From assembly GCF_009914755.1 (NCBI RefSeq), contig NC_060929.1: a stretch of 64,000 nucleotides of DNA; one strand, given 5' to 3'. Below, one piece after another: positions 46,681-61,279 of this stretch. Position numbers and translations under genes: made by a program. Numbering within the stretch: the stretch's first letter is position 1; each line of letters begins with the position of its first letter. Origin of the DNA: the human T2T-CHM13v2.0 reference genome, Homo sapiens. Under the pieces are notes generated by a model. The model worked only from the letters and a program-made list of their open reading frames with translations. It was not told the DNA's origin and did no database searches.

Positions 46681-47758
46681 AGTTTTAAAAATTTCTTATA
46701 GAAAGACATATGAAAGTAGGAATAATATTACAGTGAACATCCATAGGAATAATACTATAGTGAACCACCATTATCACTCAGGTTAAAAAATTTTTAATAT
46801 TTTTAGCAATCTCATCTCCTCTATCTCTCTACAATATTTTTTCCTTGAAGTATTTTCAAGCAAATCTTAGACATAAGATTTCATGTTATTTTACCTATAA
46901 AATCTTCAGTATATATCTCTTTCTGATAAAGAGATATATACTGATAAAGTTTTGTAATATTTGAAATCATCATCCCATTATCACATTAAATTAAATTAAC
47001 AATAACCCTTTGTGTCATTTATTCTTATTTTGAATTCAAATTGCTCCGATTATCTCAACAATATCTCTTTACATTTAATTAATTTGAATTGGGATCCTAA
47101 CAAGACCCACAAACTGCATTAGGCTTTTTATGTCTTCAATCTCTTCCCACTGCTTCTGTATTCCTCCCATGCTATTGATTTGTTGGAAACCCAGTACATT
47201 TGTCCTCTAGCATGTCTCACATTCTAAATTTGACAGATTGCTTTCCACTTAATATTTTCTATAATCTGGTTGTTATTATATACAGAGGTCTAATTAGATT
47301 CAGGTTCATTTTTATAGGCAAGAATTCTGTGTTACTTCCTGTTGTGCCTCATGATGGGGCACAAAATGAGGGGTTGGCACCCCTTTAGTGATGCTAAGAT
47401 AAATCAGAAGGTTAGGGTGATATCAGCCTGATTTCTCCACTGTGAAGTTCCCACCAACAGTTTACCTGATGGTTTAGCATCCATTGATGATTATTGCCTT
47501 CATTAATAATTTTATTTAATCACTTCTTTTGCATTTATTATCTAAATTCATTAATAAAAAGAGACCTTTCTCAAGTCAATTGTTGTTCAAGTAGAATAAA
47601 TGTCTGATCTTTTGTTAGCTGGCAGAATAATGAGTTGGTGCCCCAGCAAATTTCAAGTTATTTAATACCTTGGAGTTAGTTTGTTTTGTTTGGTATTATT
47701 ATTTTTTGTTTTTCTGTCTCATCATGGACTCATACATTCTTATATATTTGTGTTTTGA

Positions 47759-48107
<349 letters not shown>

Positions 48108-49096
48108 CTGGTCATTTATCTTTTTTGATGCTCGAGTTGTCTCAGATAGACTTCTAAGACCAACTTCAAGTGGATGATATATACATTTAATGTGACCACA
48201 TTAGTATTGGATACCTTTCATGCTTTTTGGCACAAGATGTGCCAGGCTAATCTTGAACATTTTCTGTTTTAGATCTAGAATCAGCCATTCTCTAAGGAGA
48301 CTTGATTTCTTTTAGTGGAAAATGGTATTTTAGAATGCTGCTATATTTTCATTGTTTCTAAGACTTTTCAGAGACCTAGCTGGGAAATTAGTAAAATATT
48401 TTATTTGGGTAGGCAAAGGGTAGAATCATGAATGCTAACTGATATTTCCAATTCAAATATAAAATCACAAGGTGTTTTACTATTTTATACTTGTTTCCTT
48501 CTTGTATGGAAACCCTTGGTTCCTAAAACATTAACGTAATTACTGAACACTTTATCTTACAATATACTTAAGTTTCAAAATGACAGTACATTTAACAGTA
48601 AGACTCCTCTTTGCAGTTTACGGGTTATTTTGCAATTCTTTTTTTGTCATCACATTAGAGATAGACAAAATACCATTTTTTAAATCACTTGATATAATTA
48701 CTTTGTCCACGTGGTTATGTAACCAACTTTTTAATGCCACTAAGTTCATTTGTTTCATTATTTATTGTTTTAATTCTTTATGAATTTTTTCCTTTTTATT
48801 TAATGTGGTTTTTAATTATGTAAAACAGTCAAACCTTTATAACCAAGTACATTCTCTAAAGTCCCACCTCCGTGTCTGACTGTGCCACAGTCTTTCTCCT
48901 CTTTCTCCCCATAGGTAAGAATTTTTGTTAGTTTCTGGCTTATCTTTCCATTGTTTATTCCCAGACATACAAGCAAAGACATAATTTCGATTTTCATATC
49001 TGCTTCTATACTTATACTAAACATAGCATATTTCAAATACTATAAACTGACCTTGCTTTTTTCAACATAGCAATACATATTAAGATATTGCAAATG

Positions 49097-49400
49097 GGCC
49101 AGGTGTGGTGGTGCACACCTGTAATCCCAGCACTTTGGGAGGCCAAGGCGCGTGGATCATGAGGTCAGGAGATCGAGACCATCTTGGCCAACATGGTGAA
49201 ACCTCATCTCTACTAAAATACAAAAAAAAAAAAATTAGCTCGGTGTGGTGGGGGGTGCCTGTAGTCCCAGCTACTCAGGAGGCTGAGATAGGGGAATCAC
49301 ATGAACCCAGGAGACGGAGGTTGCAGTGAGCCGAGATCGCGCCACTGAACTCCAGCTTGGGTGACAGAGCCAGACTCTGTCTCAAAAAAAAAAAAAAAAA
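49097..49400 (+). mobile_element. Alu SINE, AluSc-like
   Basis: TSD aa(g/a)ata(t/c)tgcaaatg. Confidence 0.95.
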
Positions 49401-50522
49401 AAAATACTGCAAATGAAATTATATGGAAATCTTCCCCATTCCTTTTTATATCTACAAAATAATCCACTGGGTGAATGTGTCATATTTTATTCAACCCTTG
49501 CCTTATTGATGGGCATTTGGGTTGGTCCTTTTATTATTACAAATACTATAATATTCGTATGTATTTTTGTGTATGGCATTTTGTATTTTTTTCAGTACAT
49601 CTTTAGGATTCCCAGAGATGAGATTACCAGGCCAAAGGGTAAACACATATGTAAATTTTCTAAATATAAGGCACAGATTTTTTTTTCCAGAATCTAGAAG
49701 AGTGTCTCAATAATGTTATATAATTGATTAATTTTATATTCTCACAAATATAGTGTAGATGGGTAGCTTTCAGGTTTTTCTAAGGAGGACTCATAGAAGA
49801 AGGATATTTTGGCTACCATAACTTGGTAAACCGACATCAAAAGCACCTAACTACTATAGATATGTGAATCTTAGGCAATATTTCAAAAATTAATATTATT
49901 CCAAGAGGGAGGTTCAAGAGAATGGGCATTTAAAGTTGTATTCTAATTTTCTTTGATAGATGAAATCTCTAAAGTTTTCTAAATGTGATAGGCTTCTGAG
50001 AAAGACCCTACCTAGGATTAACAGAGTTAATACTGATTATACTAATATCATTTATTTGAAAGGCCTTAGCTGATTTTCTTACATTATTAAAGGGCCATCT
50101 GGGAAATTTACTTCTCACTTTTTCAGGATGCAGATAGCAGCGGCTATATGCTCCAAAATGAAGTGGAAATGAGGCAGACTGTAAAGAAAATACTCCATCT
50201 AGGATATGTAACTATCATTAATAAGATTACTCAACTTATCACTAAGACTGTCTTTCAATAGATAATCAGTACTTATTCTACTGACAAGGTACTTGACATA
50301 GGATAATATGTTTAAATTCTAATGGTGTTCTAAAAAGAGAATAAAACTTATCTATTTCTCTAATATAATCCTGAGATTGATTAACTCTAAGTTTAGATGA
50401 AATGTCTCATTTTTTGAAAATAGAACAATCATTTGTCAGAACTATTTAGATTAATATATTTTCAAACTCTACACTTTTTCAGCAATTACACAATGTCTTT
50501 TATATTGATATATTGGTAGTTG

Positions 50523-51197
50523 TGATAGTGACAGGAGGCAGTCAAATGCCTAGGCAGATAGGGGCAGGTCCCCAGTGAAAACCAACCTCCAAGCCAAAGA
50601 GAGTTTAAAGCCTGAAAGCCAAGCTACAAGTTAAATCCTCAGACCAGATTAAGAACTTGTCTTCCTGTTTGGTGTGCTTTCCTCCGATTGGACCCCACTG
50701 TTCAGCTATTTTACATATACCTACCATTTCCTAATCGGTTTTCTACACTATCATGCCCACTTTTGAGCAGTGTCTTTGCTTTAACCTTTTTTGCATACTC
50801 ACAAACCAATCAGCATGCACTCCCCATCCTGTGCCTATAAAGACCCCAGACTCAGTCAGTAAAGGGGGAGATGACCTGACTACAGGGTAGAGACAACCTG
50901 ACTTTGGGCAAGAAAACCTGCCCTTCTCCATTCCCTCTCCGACTCCATTCTCTTCTGAGAGCTGTTTTCATTGCTCAGTGAAATTCTTCTCCTTCATCCT
51001 TACCCTTCAATGTCCAGTGTATCCTCATTCTTCTTGGGCATGGTATAAAGAGCTCAGGAACTGCTGCATGTGGGTATAAGCTATAACACAGGCAAGCTGG
51101 GGCACTCAAGTGTGGTGGAGTGAGGCCTGGGTGGGGGGGCATTGCCAGCCAGGGGTCCCTGGCTTGCAAAATGACCGAGAAGAAAAATTCTACATCA
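50523..51197 (+). mobile_element. ERV1 solo LTR (LTR27/LTR28-like)
   Basis: TG...CA termini (tgatagtgacaggaggcag...aaattctacatca), imperfect 4-bp TSD gttg/ggtg. Confidence 0.85.
50806..50841 (+). promoter_or_regulatory. LTR U3 core promoter motifs: CCAAT and TATAAA
   Basis: ccaat 50806-50810, tataaa 50836-50841; activity unknown. Confidence 0.45.
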
Positions 51198-51429
51198 GGT
51201 GTATTATAAGAAAACAAACTCACCAGTATGAAATTATTGTGAAACAAACAAATACACCATTGGCTAGCTAAGTTTGTCTGTAAAAACTTTCTATTTAAAT
51301 TCTTTTCCCCTTTGCTGTCCCTTGACACCTTTAGATATCTGTTCTGTCATATCATTTCATTGCGTCTTTGCAGTCATGAACTGTCAGAATGTACTAGAAT
51401 TAAAATAATTTAAAAATGGGAATGTACTC

Positions 51430-51645
51430 TGGCAGCCAGCATGTAAAATGGCTTCCAATGATCACCTCTTCCTGGTGTAAGAAACTTTGTGTAATCCTCT
51501 CCCAAATTATACCAGAGTTAATCTGTGTGACCAATACAATATGGTAGAAATAATCATCTCTGAGATTAGGTTGTCAAAGACACTGCAGCTTCCAGTTTGA
51601 ATGCTGTCTCTCTCCTTCAGATCATTTGGCCTGGTTGCCATGTTG
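51430..51645 (+). mobile_element. Partial MaLR LTR, MLT1E/F-like
   Basis: aaatggcttccaatgatcac...tgtgtaatcctctccc...ctgagattaggttgtcaaagacactgcagcttcc. Confidence 0.65.
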
Positions 51646-51899
51646 TTTACAGCAAACATTCTTTCACACACTGAATTGAGCTCAGTAACTAGTAGGCTTC
51701 AGTCTTAAAAAATATGTGAGATAGGAAACAAGGTGTTGGCTTGCATACCTGTACGTAAAGCTCACACTCAAAGGTGCTCATGAGACAAGGGACTCATAAC
51801 ATTTGCTCACCAAATGTGCCCATATCCTGGCTTGGAATTTAAATCCAAATTAGCCACAAAGTCCTGGAAAATCTAAGGAAAAGGTAAATAAGTAAATAA

Positions 51900-52265
<366 letters not shown>

Positions 52266-52487
52266 AAATCTTAAGGTTTAACAATTACAATCCAAAAACA
52301 CCTTTAAAGAAACAACTGCATTAAGAAAGAGATTCTAAAAATTCAAAGATGGCTTAATATTGGAAAATTGATGAATATAATGAATTATATTAAAAGATTT
52401 CAGGAGAAATGTCATATGAGTATCTTCACTGATGTCAAAAAATTCAACACCAATTCTTATTAAGATCACTCAGCTGAATTTTTGCAT

Positions 52488-52688
52488 TATATATCTATAA
52501 AATACATACATATACAAACATATCTCAGCATATATATGCACAGATATATATAATATGTATACACATATATCTGTTTATAAACATATATACATGTGCATAC
52601 ATATAGGTATTTATATTTATAAACCTGTATGTACATATACATATGTAAATATATGTATGTATATATTTATATGTGTCTATATATATTA
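52488..52688. repeat. TA/CA-rich low-complexity tract
   Basis: Direct reading. Confidence 0.85.
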
Positions 52689-53733
52689 GAAAAAATCAGC
52701 ATCATAGTGAAAGGAAAAACACTGGCATTATTTTCACTTAACTCAGGAAAAAGGTAAGGATGTGTTTTGTCATCACTGCTATTTAATATTACACTTGAAA
52801 TATTAGCCAACATGATAAAAATGAAAAAAGAATTACACATAGAAGTATTTTTTATTTTGTTGCTTTCCCAAGCAAAGAAGAGTCTATACACAGAAATATT
52901 TTAATGGAGAAAGTAAAACTATCACTCTTTGTAGATGGTATATTGTATAACTGAAAACTCAGAGAGAATTTCCCATAAACTAAAAACAATAGGAAATTCA
53001 GTGAAGTAGTAGGGTATCAAATTAATATATATGTATCAATAGTCCATTTTTACAAGCAATGACCTGAAAGAGGATAAAATAGAAGAAAAGACCTAATGCA
53101 AAACAGCAACAAAAAAATATAAAACGATTAGGAATAAACAGTTATTCCTAAAATAACTTGATACTTAACTTTTTTAAAATCCATAATTTATTTTTGCAAA
53201 AATTTAAGTACTTTTAAAGGACCTAAAGTAGATTTGAGTAAGTGAAATGTCATTCCATGTTTGTAGATGGGAAAACACATCATTAAGATATTAATTCTAC
53301 CTAACTTGATTCATAAATTCAACAAATCTCAATAAAATTCCAAAAGAATTTTGTAAAAGAGGTGGCCAAACTGACATCAAAGTTCATCTAGAAAAGTTAT
53401 AAATAAGGAGTGGCTAGGAAAACTTTTAAAAAGAAGGGCAATAAGGAGCAACTAACCTTATCACATCTTAAATTATATTATAAAGACTTGATCATTAAAA
53501 TAGTAATGTTACATAAATAGAAAAACCAATGGAGCAAAATAGAAAGTCCAGAAATAGACTCAAACGCACACAACAATTCAGTGGCATCTGAAATCAGTGA
53601 GATAAAGAGGGGCTTTTAAATAAATGCTGTTGGAAAAATTGAATAGCCCAGATAAGGGTGGATCACACTAAGATAAATTCTCAAAGGATGTACGGTTTCA
53701 ATGTAAAAAGTAAGGTTACAAAAATACAAGAAG

Positions 53734-54095
53734 AGTCCAGGTGTGGTGGCTCTAGCCTGTAATCACAGCACTTTGGGAGGCCAAGGTGGGAGGATCACTC
53801 GAGCCCAGGAGTTTGAGACCAATCTAAGCAACATGGTGAGACCCCCATCTCTGCCAAAGGAAAAATAAGTAGCTGGGCATGGTGTCTGCAGTCCTAGTTA
53901 CCTGGGTGGCAGAGACAAGGATTGCTTGAGCTCAGGAGTTCAAGGCTACAGTGAGCTATGATCATACCACTGCACTCCAACATGGGCAATACAGTGAGAC
54001 TGAGGGAGGGAGGGAGGGAAGGAGGGAGAGAGAGAGAGAGAGAGAAAGGAAGGAAAGAAGGAAGACAGAAAAAGGAAGAAAATAAATGAAAAAAT
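53734..54095 (+). mobile_element. AluJ-like element with GA-rich tail
   Basis: Alu to ~54003 then (GGGA)/(GA)/(GGAA) run. Confidence 0.9.
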
Positions 54096-54231
54096 AAAAA
54101 TAGTTAATAGCTCTGATGATTTAAAAAAAAATTGAGGAAAAGACAAAAAACTCCAATAGAAAAATATCCTTTGCAAATTGGCAAAGGATATCAATAGACA
54201 ATTCACAGAAAAAGAAATAAAAATTTCCTTT

Positions 54232-54771
54232 TGATATGGTTTGGCTCTGTGTTCCCACCCAAATCTCAACTTGAATTGTAATCCCTACGTATTGAGAGAG
54301 GGACCTGGTGGTAGGTGATTGGATCGTGGGGGTGGTTTCCCCCATGCTGTTCTTGTGATAGTGAGTGAGTTCTCAGGAGATCTGGTGGTTTAAAAGTGTT
54401 TGGTACTTACCCCCTGTATTACTTTCTCTCTCTGCTGCTGCCATGTAAGTTATGCCTTGCTTCTCCTTCACCTTCAGCCATGATTGTAAGTTTCCCGAGT
54501 CCTCCCCAGCCATGTGGAACTGTGAGTCAATTAAAACTTTCTTCTTGGCTGAGCATGGTGGCTCATGCCTGTAATCCCAGCACTTTGAGAGGCCAAAGCA
54601 GGAGGATCATTTGCGCCCAAAAGTTCAAGACCAGCCTGGCCAACAACATAGCAAGACGCTGTCTCTAAATGAAATAAATAAATAAAAATAAATAAAAGAA
54701 AAACTTTTTTCTTTATAAATTACCCAGTCTCCAGTAGTTTCTTTATAGTAGTGTGAAAATGTACTAATAAA
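54232..54771 (+). mobile_element. MaLR solo LTR, THE1D/MSTA-like
   Basis: tgatatggtttggctctgtg...tataaattacccagtctc...actaataaa; 5-bp TSD ccttt at 54227-54231 and 54772-54776. Confidence 0.9.
54547..54698 (+). mobile_element. Alu left monomer inserted in the THE1 LTR
   Basis: Single monomer plus (TAAA)n tail, TSD-like aaaacttt..ttctt on both sides. Confidence 0.9.
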
Positions 54772-55075
54772 CCTTTAAACATATGAAAAATTCCTGTACA
54801 TCAAAAGACATGATAAATAGAAAAATAAATTCAGGAAGACATCTACAGAGATTATCATCTGCAGTCACCCTAAAATTAATAAGAAAGGATGAAAAACTCA
54901 CTAGAAGAAAGGGGCAAAATACTTGAACTGGCAATATTAATTGCCAATAAATATATGAAAAAAATTCCATTTCAGTACCAATCAGGAAAGTGCCAATTAA
55001 AAAACAATAATACCCTGTTTTGTACCCATCAACTTGTCAAAAATGTAAAGTCATTGCTAAAAGTTAGAGACAACC

Positions 55076-55379
<304 letters not shown>

Positions 55380-55784
55380 CTAAACATCTATAAACATAAG
55401 ATGAATCAAAACATTGTGTTATATTCAAACAAAAAACTGAAATAAAGCAATGAAAATAATGTTGAGTGAAAATGTAAATTTTCACAACAGTATATAAAAT
55501 TTCAAAACATGGCAACACTAAATTTTGCTTTGAGACACATATATATGTAGTAAACATATAAAAATGTAAATGGGAATGATAAACACAAATTCAGGATTCA
55601 GAAGGAAAAGCAAGGGAATGGGATTGGGAGATATAATTAGGGGTCCAATTATGTTTACCATGTTCTGCTTCTTAAGCTAAATTATAATAAGTACATACAT
55701 TTTCATTTTCATTTTCTCTGTATAGTTCTTATATGTCTGAAATAGCTCAGGAAAAAAGAGATTAAGGGGAGGAGAAACAAACCT

Positions 55785-56300
<516 letters not shown>

Positions 56301-56367
56301 ATACTTGATATTTTTCCTGAATTATTTCAATAAAGTCAATATTAATGTCTGTACATATGCATTTCCA

Positions 56368-56506
56368 ATGTGTGTGTGTGTGTATTGTGTGTGTGTGTGT
56401 ATGGTGTGTGTGTGTATGTGTGTATGGTGTGTGTGTATGTGTGTGTGTGCGTGGAATATATGTATATATATATTCCACACAAACTGATATATATATATAT
56501 CAGTTT
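56368..56506. repeat. Imperfect (TG)n followed by (TA)n palindromes
   Basis: Direct reading. Confidence 0.9.
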
Positions 56507-57571
56507 CTTGGAAGCGCACAGCTGCGCTCGTGTTCTTATGACTCCAGCATCCTTTTTTTACATGTAACCTTTTAATTTTGCACTTCCTGTTATAATTTTA
56601 AACATAGAATGAACAATTTCTAGACAATCAATAGAACAGCTGCTAGGGGGAAAAATAGAAATGAAATGGCTAAATGATTGAAGGCTGACACTTAAAAGAA
56701 TAGTTTTACAGTGAACAGCTGTGTATCCCAGAAATAAAATATGTGATAAATACATGTTAACAAAGAGCAAAAACTGCTGTCTGATATTGAAAATTCATGG
56801 CTACAGAGCTGAAAACTGTTGGAAATAATGACAAGATTCCAGTGTTGTTAATGTTTCAAATGGGTTATAGTTACAAGAAACAGAGAAAATAATAATAAAC
56901 CCCCTTACAGAGTATAAATTTTGTGGCATAAATGAACAGTATGAAAATATTTTAGATATTTTAAGCTTTTAAAACATGTTTTGAATATTGAACAATAAAT
57001 GTAGGTCACTGTAAATGGCAGTGCTCTCCTTTGTCTCTAGCAATTTGTCTCTGTTCTTGTGCTCTGCTCTTGGTCTATGAGCAGACATCACACTCTGCAT
57101 CCATTTTACACACACACACACACACACACAACCATCTTTTTGTCTCTTGTCCTTTAAATGGCATAGTCCTTATATCTTCTCTGTGTTACGGGAAAGCTGT
57201 GGAATCAGAAAGCCTGAGTACCCTTCTGTGAGGTCACATTTGTTGCACAGGAGTTTTTGCCTCTCTGAGCTTTGGTTTTCTTATTGTAAAATAGGGATTA
57301 AAATGAGCTAACATATAACACAGGGCTCTGAAAAAACCTCTGAAGCATCACCCTAAACCAAATTATTATTAATGTAAGAAAACACAGTGCACTTGGTAGT
57401 AAAAGGATTCGTTTCTAGGTAGTTTTTCTCCCAGGAAACGAAACAAACCTTTAGTCTATATTGCTTCCTGTATCTGTACCTACTAGCTACAGGAAAAGCA
57501 GACGTATATAAATCTCTCTATTGCATTCCTTAGCTGATGTGTACTTCTCGTACATATGGATTGCATAAGCC

Positions 57572-58115
57572 TTCATTTATTCATTTAACAAATGCTAATT
57601 GAGTACCCTTTGTACCTTTCACATGTCAGACACTGTACTAGTTATTTTGGGCACATTAGGAAAAAAAAATCCTTGCCCTTTTGAAGCTTAGTGTTCCTTC
57701 TGGGAATAGAAGGAGGGTGATGGAAGGAAGCAAGAGATCATAAATAATAAATAATGAAAATAACTGAAATGTGCCATGTATTAGAAGATCATAAGTGCTA
57801 TGGGAAAAAAAGGAGTACATCAGAGTAAAGGGGATGAGGAGGGTTTGGGGGAAGGGATCATCAGCTGGAGTGGAAGGAGACTGGCTGCATCATCTAATGG
57901 GAAGGTCTCAATGGGAAAATGACTTTTGAGCAAAGACTTGAAGGGTGAGGGAGTTGCTCACAAGAATATCTGGGGAAGAGCAGTCCCTGAAAGGAAAAAA
58001 ACAGTCCCAAAGCCCCAGGGTGAAGCTTTCCTGGCATGTTTGAGAATAACAAAAGGGTGCTGATGTTGAGATGAGTAAGTCAGAGATTATCAGGAGAGGA
58101 GGTCAGAAAATAATA
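57572..58115 (-). mobile_element. L2 3' fragment
   Basis: ttcatttattcatttaacaaatgctaattgagtacc...ttgagcaaagacttgaagg...atctggggaagagc. Confidence 0.8.
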
Positions 58116-59799
58116 TCCTGCCTAAAATTTTTGACTCTTACCAAAAATTTCCAGGGTAAACCTCTTTGTTCTGTATATTCGAAAAGCAAGAAGCCTTCCA
58201 TTTTTTTTCCATTGCCTAGAATTGCTTCAATGAATACTTGACCATTTCTCAGGTGTCATACCTCATTGGTAGAATAACACACTTGGTATCCTGCCCTTTC
58301 ACTATTCACCTTCATCCCTTTCCCTCTTTTATCACTATAATTGGCTTTCAAAAGCAGGAGCACCTCTTAGCCACAAATTTGTGTTAAAAGCTGTGTTTTT
58401 ATCCTTCCTCTCCATCAAAGTCTCTCTAAATTGTCAGTTCACAAGAAAACCCTCTCTTTCCCTTTGTGTCCTTCATCCAGCTGCCCCAAAGAAAACAACC
58501 ATTAGCAAGAAAGAAAAGTCAGTGGGTCCCTATTCCTATTGCACTACAAGGGGAGAACACGATGAACCCGAGTGACAGATCATATAATTTACAAATTGAG
58601 TCCATCTCCCCATGTTAAAGTTAAAGAAATGGAGACCCAAAGATGTTCACTGCTTTTCTTTCATCACAAGAAATCATGATGTATTGTAACCCCAATTTCC
58701 ATTCATTCCTACTGCCTTCTGTTATCCCAACAAGAAAGGAAATCTTGCAACACTACTCTCTAAGACAGAAGAGGAACTGTGCTCTCCTACATCAAATTTT
58801 CTTTCTCAGTTCAGACTCTGCTTCAGTGGTTTAAATTTATATTTATCAGACAGTGCTATTTAGCACGTTGCCAGGTTTATACCAGAAAGGGTTTAGATCT
58901 TTGTGAAGAAATTTAATAAAATATAAACTCTGTCAAGATTTTAAAAAATTCAGAATATCTGATCTTTAGAACAAGATTTTTGGACAGTTATAATTGTTTT
59001 CTAACACCTTCTGGAATACATTATTATACTATGTTATAGCACATTTGAGTAATAACTTTTTCGTTCACTTTATCCAAATCCTAACATCATACAGATCTAG
59101 AATTAAATTATCTTGTTCAGGCTTCTACTTCTAAGCAGCTAAATGTCAAAATAACTTTAAAATGTTTTAAGAAGAATGAACATAGAGAAAACAACATCCG
59201 TCCAGTATGGCAGGTTCCTCTGTATGAGATCTTGTATATAATAAAAAAGCATGTTGCTGTGGAATTTAGCAAAAAGAGGGCATTTGAGAGAGCTTGCGTA
59301 CTTTCCCAATAAATTCTGAAAATGTGTTGTTATCTATTCTTACCAGCCTCTACCACCAGTTTGCTTCATTCTGATTTATGCGTCACCTCCACTCTGACCC
59401 TAAACACACACACAATCTTCCTTTACAGCAACTGCTGTATTCTTTAACAACAATGGGTAGAATCATCATCACTTTACAAATCTCTGAGCAGTAGACGGAC
59501 ATTGTTTCTGAGCCCTTCCCTCAGACAAGATGAAGCCTATTTTTTCTACCTTGCTTGGAAAACCCAAGGCTTACACTGTGTGTGTCATCCCATGGGCTCC
59601 CCCGAGAAGAGTGAAACGGATTGAGCAAACACACTCTTACAAAATTGTCTTGTGCCAGTTTTCAGGATCCATATGGCTCTTCTTTGACCAAAATAATTAT
59701 ATTAAGCAGTCAATGACAAAGGATAGAGGAAAATCAAAAGTGGACCACAATCATGAGAAATATTAGCAAATTTGACTATGTAATGAGTTTGTCTTTGTA

Positions 59800-60440
59800 A
59801 AACTACAAAACTTTCATACATAAAAAAATCGTAAATACATACAGTGTATCTCTGGAAGAGAACACAGGAACTGTATTTCAGTGGTTGTTTCCACTTAAGA
59901 GAACTGAGGGATTCATTTTAAAGGGAGCAGCCTATTACCCTGACATAGTATAGCAAAAGGCATTCTCATCAATTGCTGGTGAAAGTCTAAATTGTATGGC
60001 CTGTTAAAAAAGAAAAAAGCAATTTGCAATATCTACCAAGAGCCTTATAATTTTCATGACTTTTATCTCAGTAATTCCATTTTTAGGAATTTAATCTTAA
60101 GAAATAATCTAAAATGTGAAGAATAGTTCTTATGGCAAAATACATTGCTGAAAGTATTTTTTATAAAAGTGAAAATATGGGAAAACTTAAAAGCCCCAAA
60201 TTAAGGGAATGGTCATAATAAAGTATAGTTCAATCACATAATAAAATTGTATCTAGTTGTAGATTTAATAAGGTTATGCACATGAAGTAAAATGACTATT
60301 TTTGTTTAATTTACAGAATGATCTTGACTAAAATGCTTTTATAAAGATTTGAAGAAAATATGCTGAAATGTTAACAGTAATTATCTTAAGGTGCTAGAAT
60401 TTGGGACAATACTTATTTTCTTTTTTAAACTTTTTATTTT
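59800..60440 (+). mobile_element. Old L1ME-like 3' fragments
   Basis: ttgctggtgaaagtctaaattg, gcaatttgcaatatctacc, cagtaattccatttttaggaattt. Confidence 0.6.
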
Positions 60441-60509
60441 CCTCAATAGAAGAAATACAAAAAATGAAGTTTCATTTTAAACAAAAAGGACTGGAGGTGA
60501 AGTGGGGAG

Positions 60510-60969
60510 GGAGAGAGAGCGATGAAGAGAGAAACCATTTTTCTTCACCATAGCTCCCAAGCCAAACACCCAAAGAGCCAACGTCCAGGAAATACAAAGC
60601 AATTACTACATCCTCGAATGCCTGCCTGCTGCAATAGACACTGTTGATGCCTTTGTATAAGTCATCAAACCCCTCCCCTATCTGCTGCCAGGGCAAGACT
60701 AGTGACTGACACCTGTGACTTTCTCCAGAGATTTGCCCTTGGCTGACTCAGGAGTACAAAACCAAACACCCTTACCTCAAGCAAGGATAACTTTAAGATG
60801 CAATTATTCTCCCTGGCTGCTGTGGACCAGGCCAGGACTAGGCAACCCAAGATGACATCCTTCTTCCTCCACTCACTGGTAGGATTTTTGTAACAAGCAC
60901 TCCCTCAATGAATCATGTGCACCTGGGTTCTTCTCTCAAGCTCTGCTTCTAGTGGACTGGCCTGAGACA
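60510..60969 (+). mobile_element. Probable old ERVL-type LTR
   Basis: 3' end caatgaatcatgtgcac...tctcaagctctgcttctag...cctgagaca; family and 5' boundary uncertain. Confidence 0.45.
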
Positions 60970-61279
60970 TCTACCACAGGCAAGGCATGATAAATACCTT
61001 GTCTCTTGTTTGGCTAAACAAAATGGCCATATATAATTACAAAGTTAATTTCTGATTAATGCCACCAGTGATTTGGTCATAATTGTTCATTGTAGATTAC
61101 AGATACAGTAGCCAGGAGGGCTTCACAGGAGAGTGATAGTTTATGTAGAGATTAGGGAAGCATTCTAGAAAACAAAAAAGAAGAAATCACAGGGAATGTC
61201 TGAGCAATACCTGAAACTTTTCAAAATGCGATATGCTCTTCTCTTCAGGGCAGCTGCAATACAAAGAGAAGTGCCTTGG

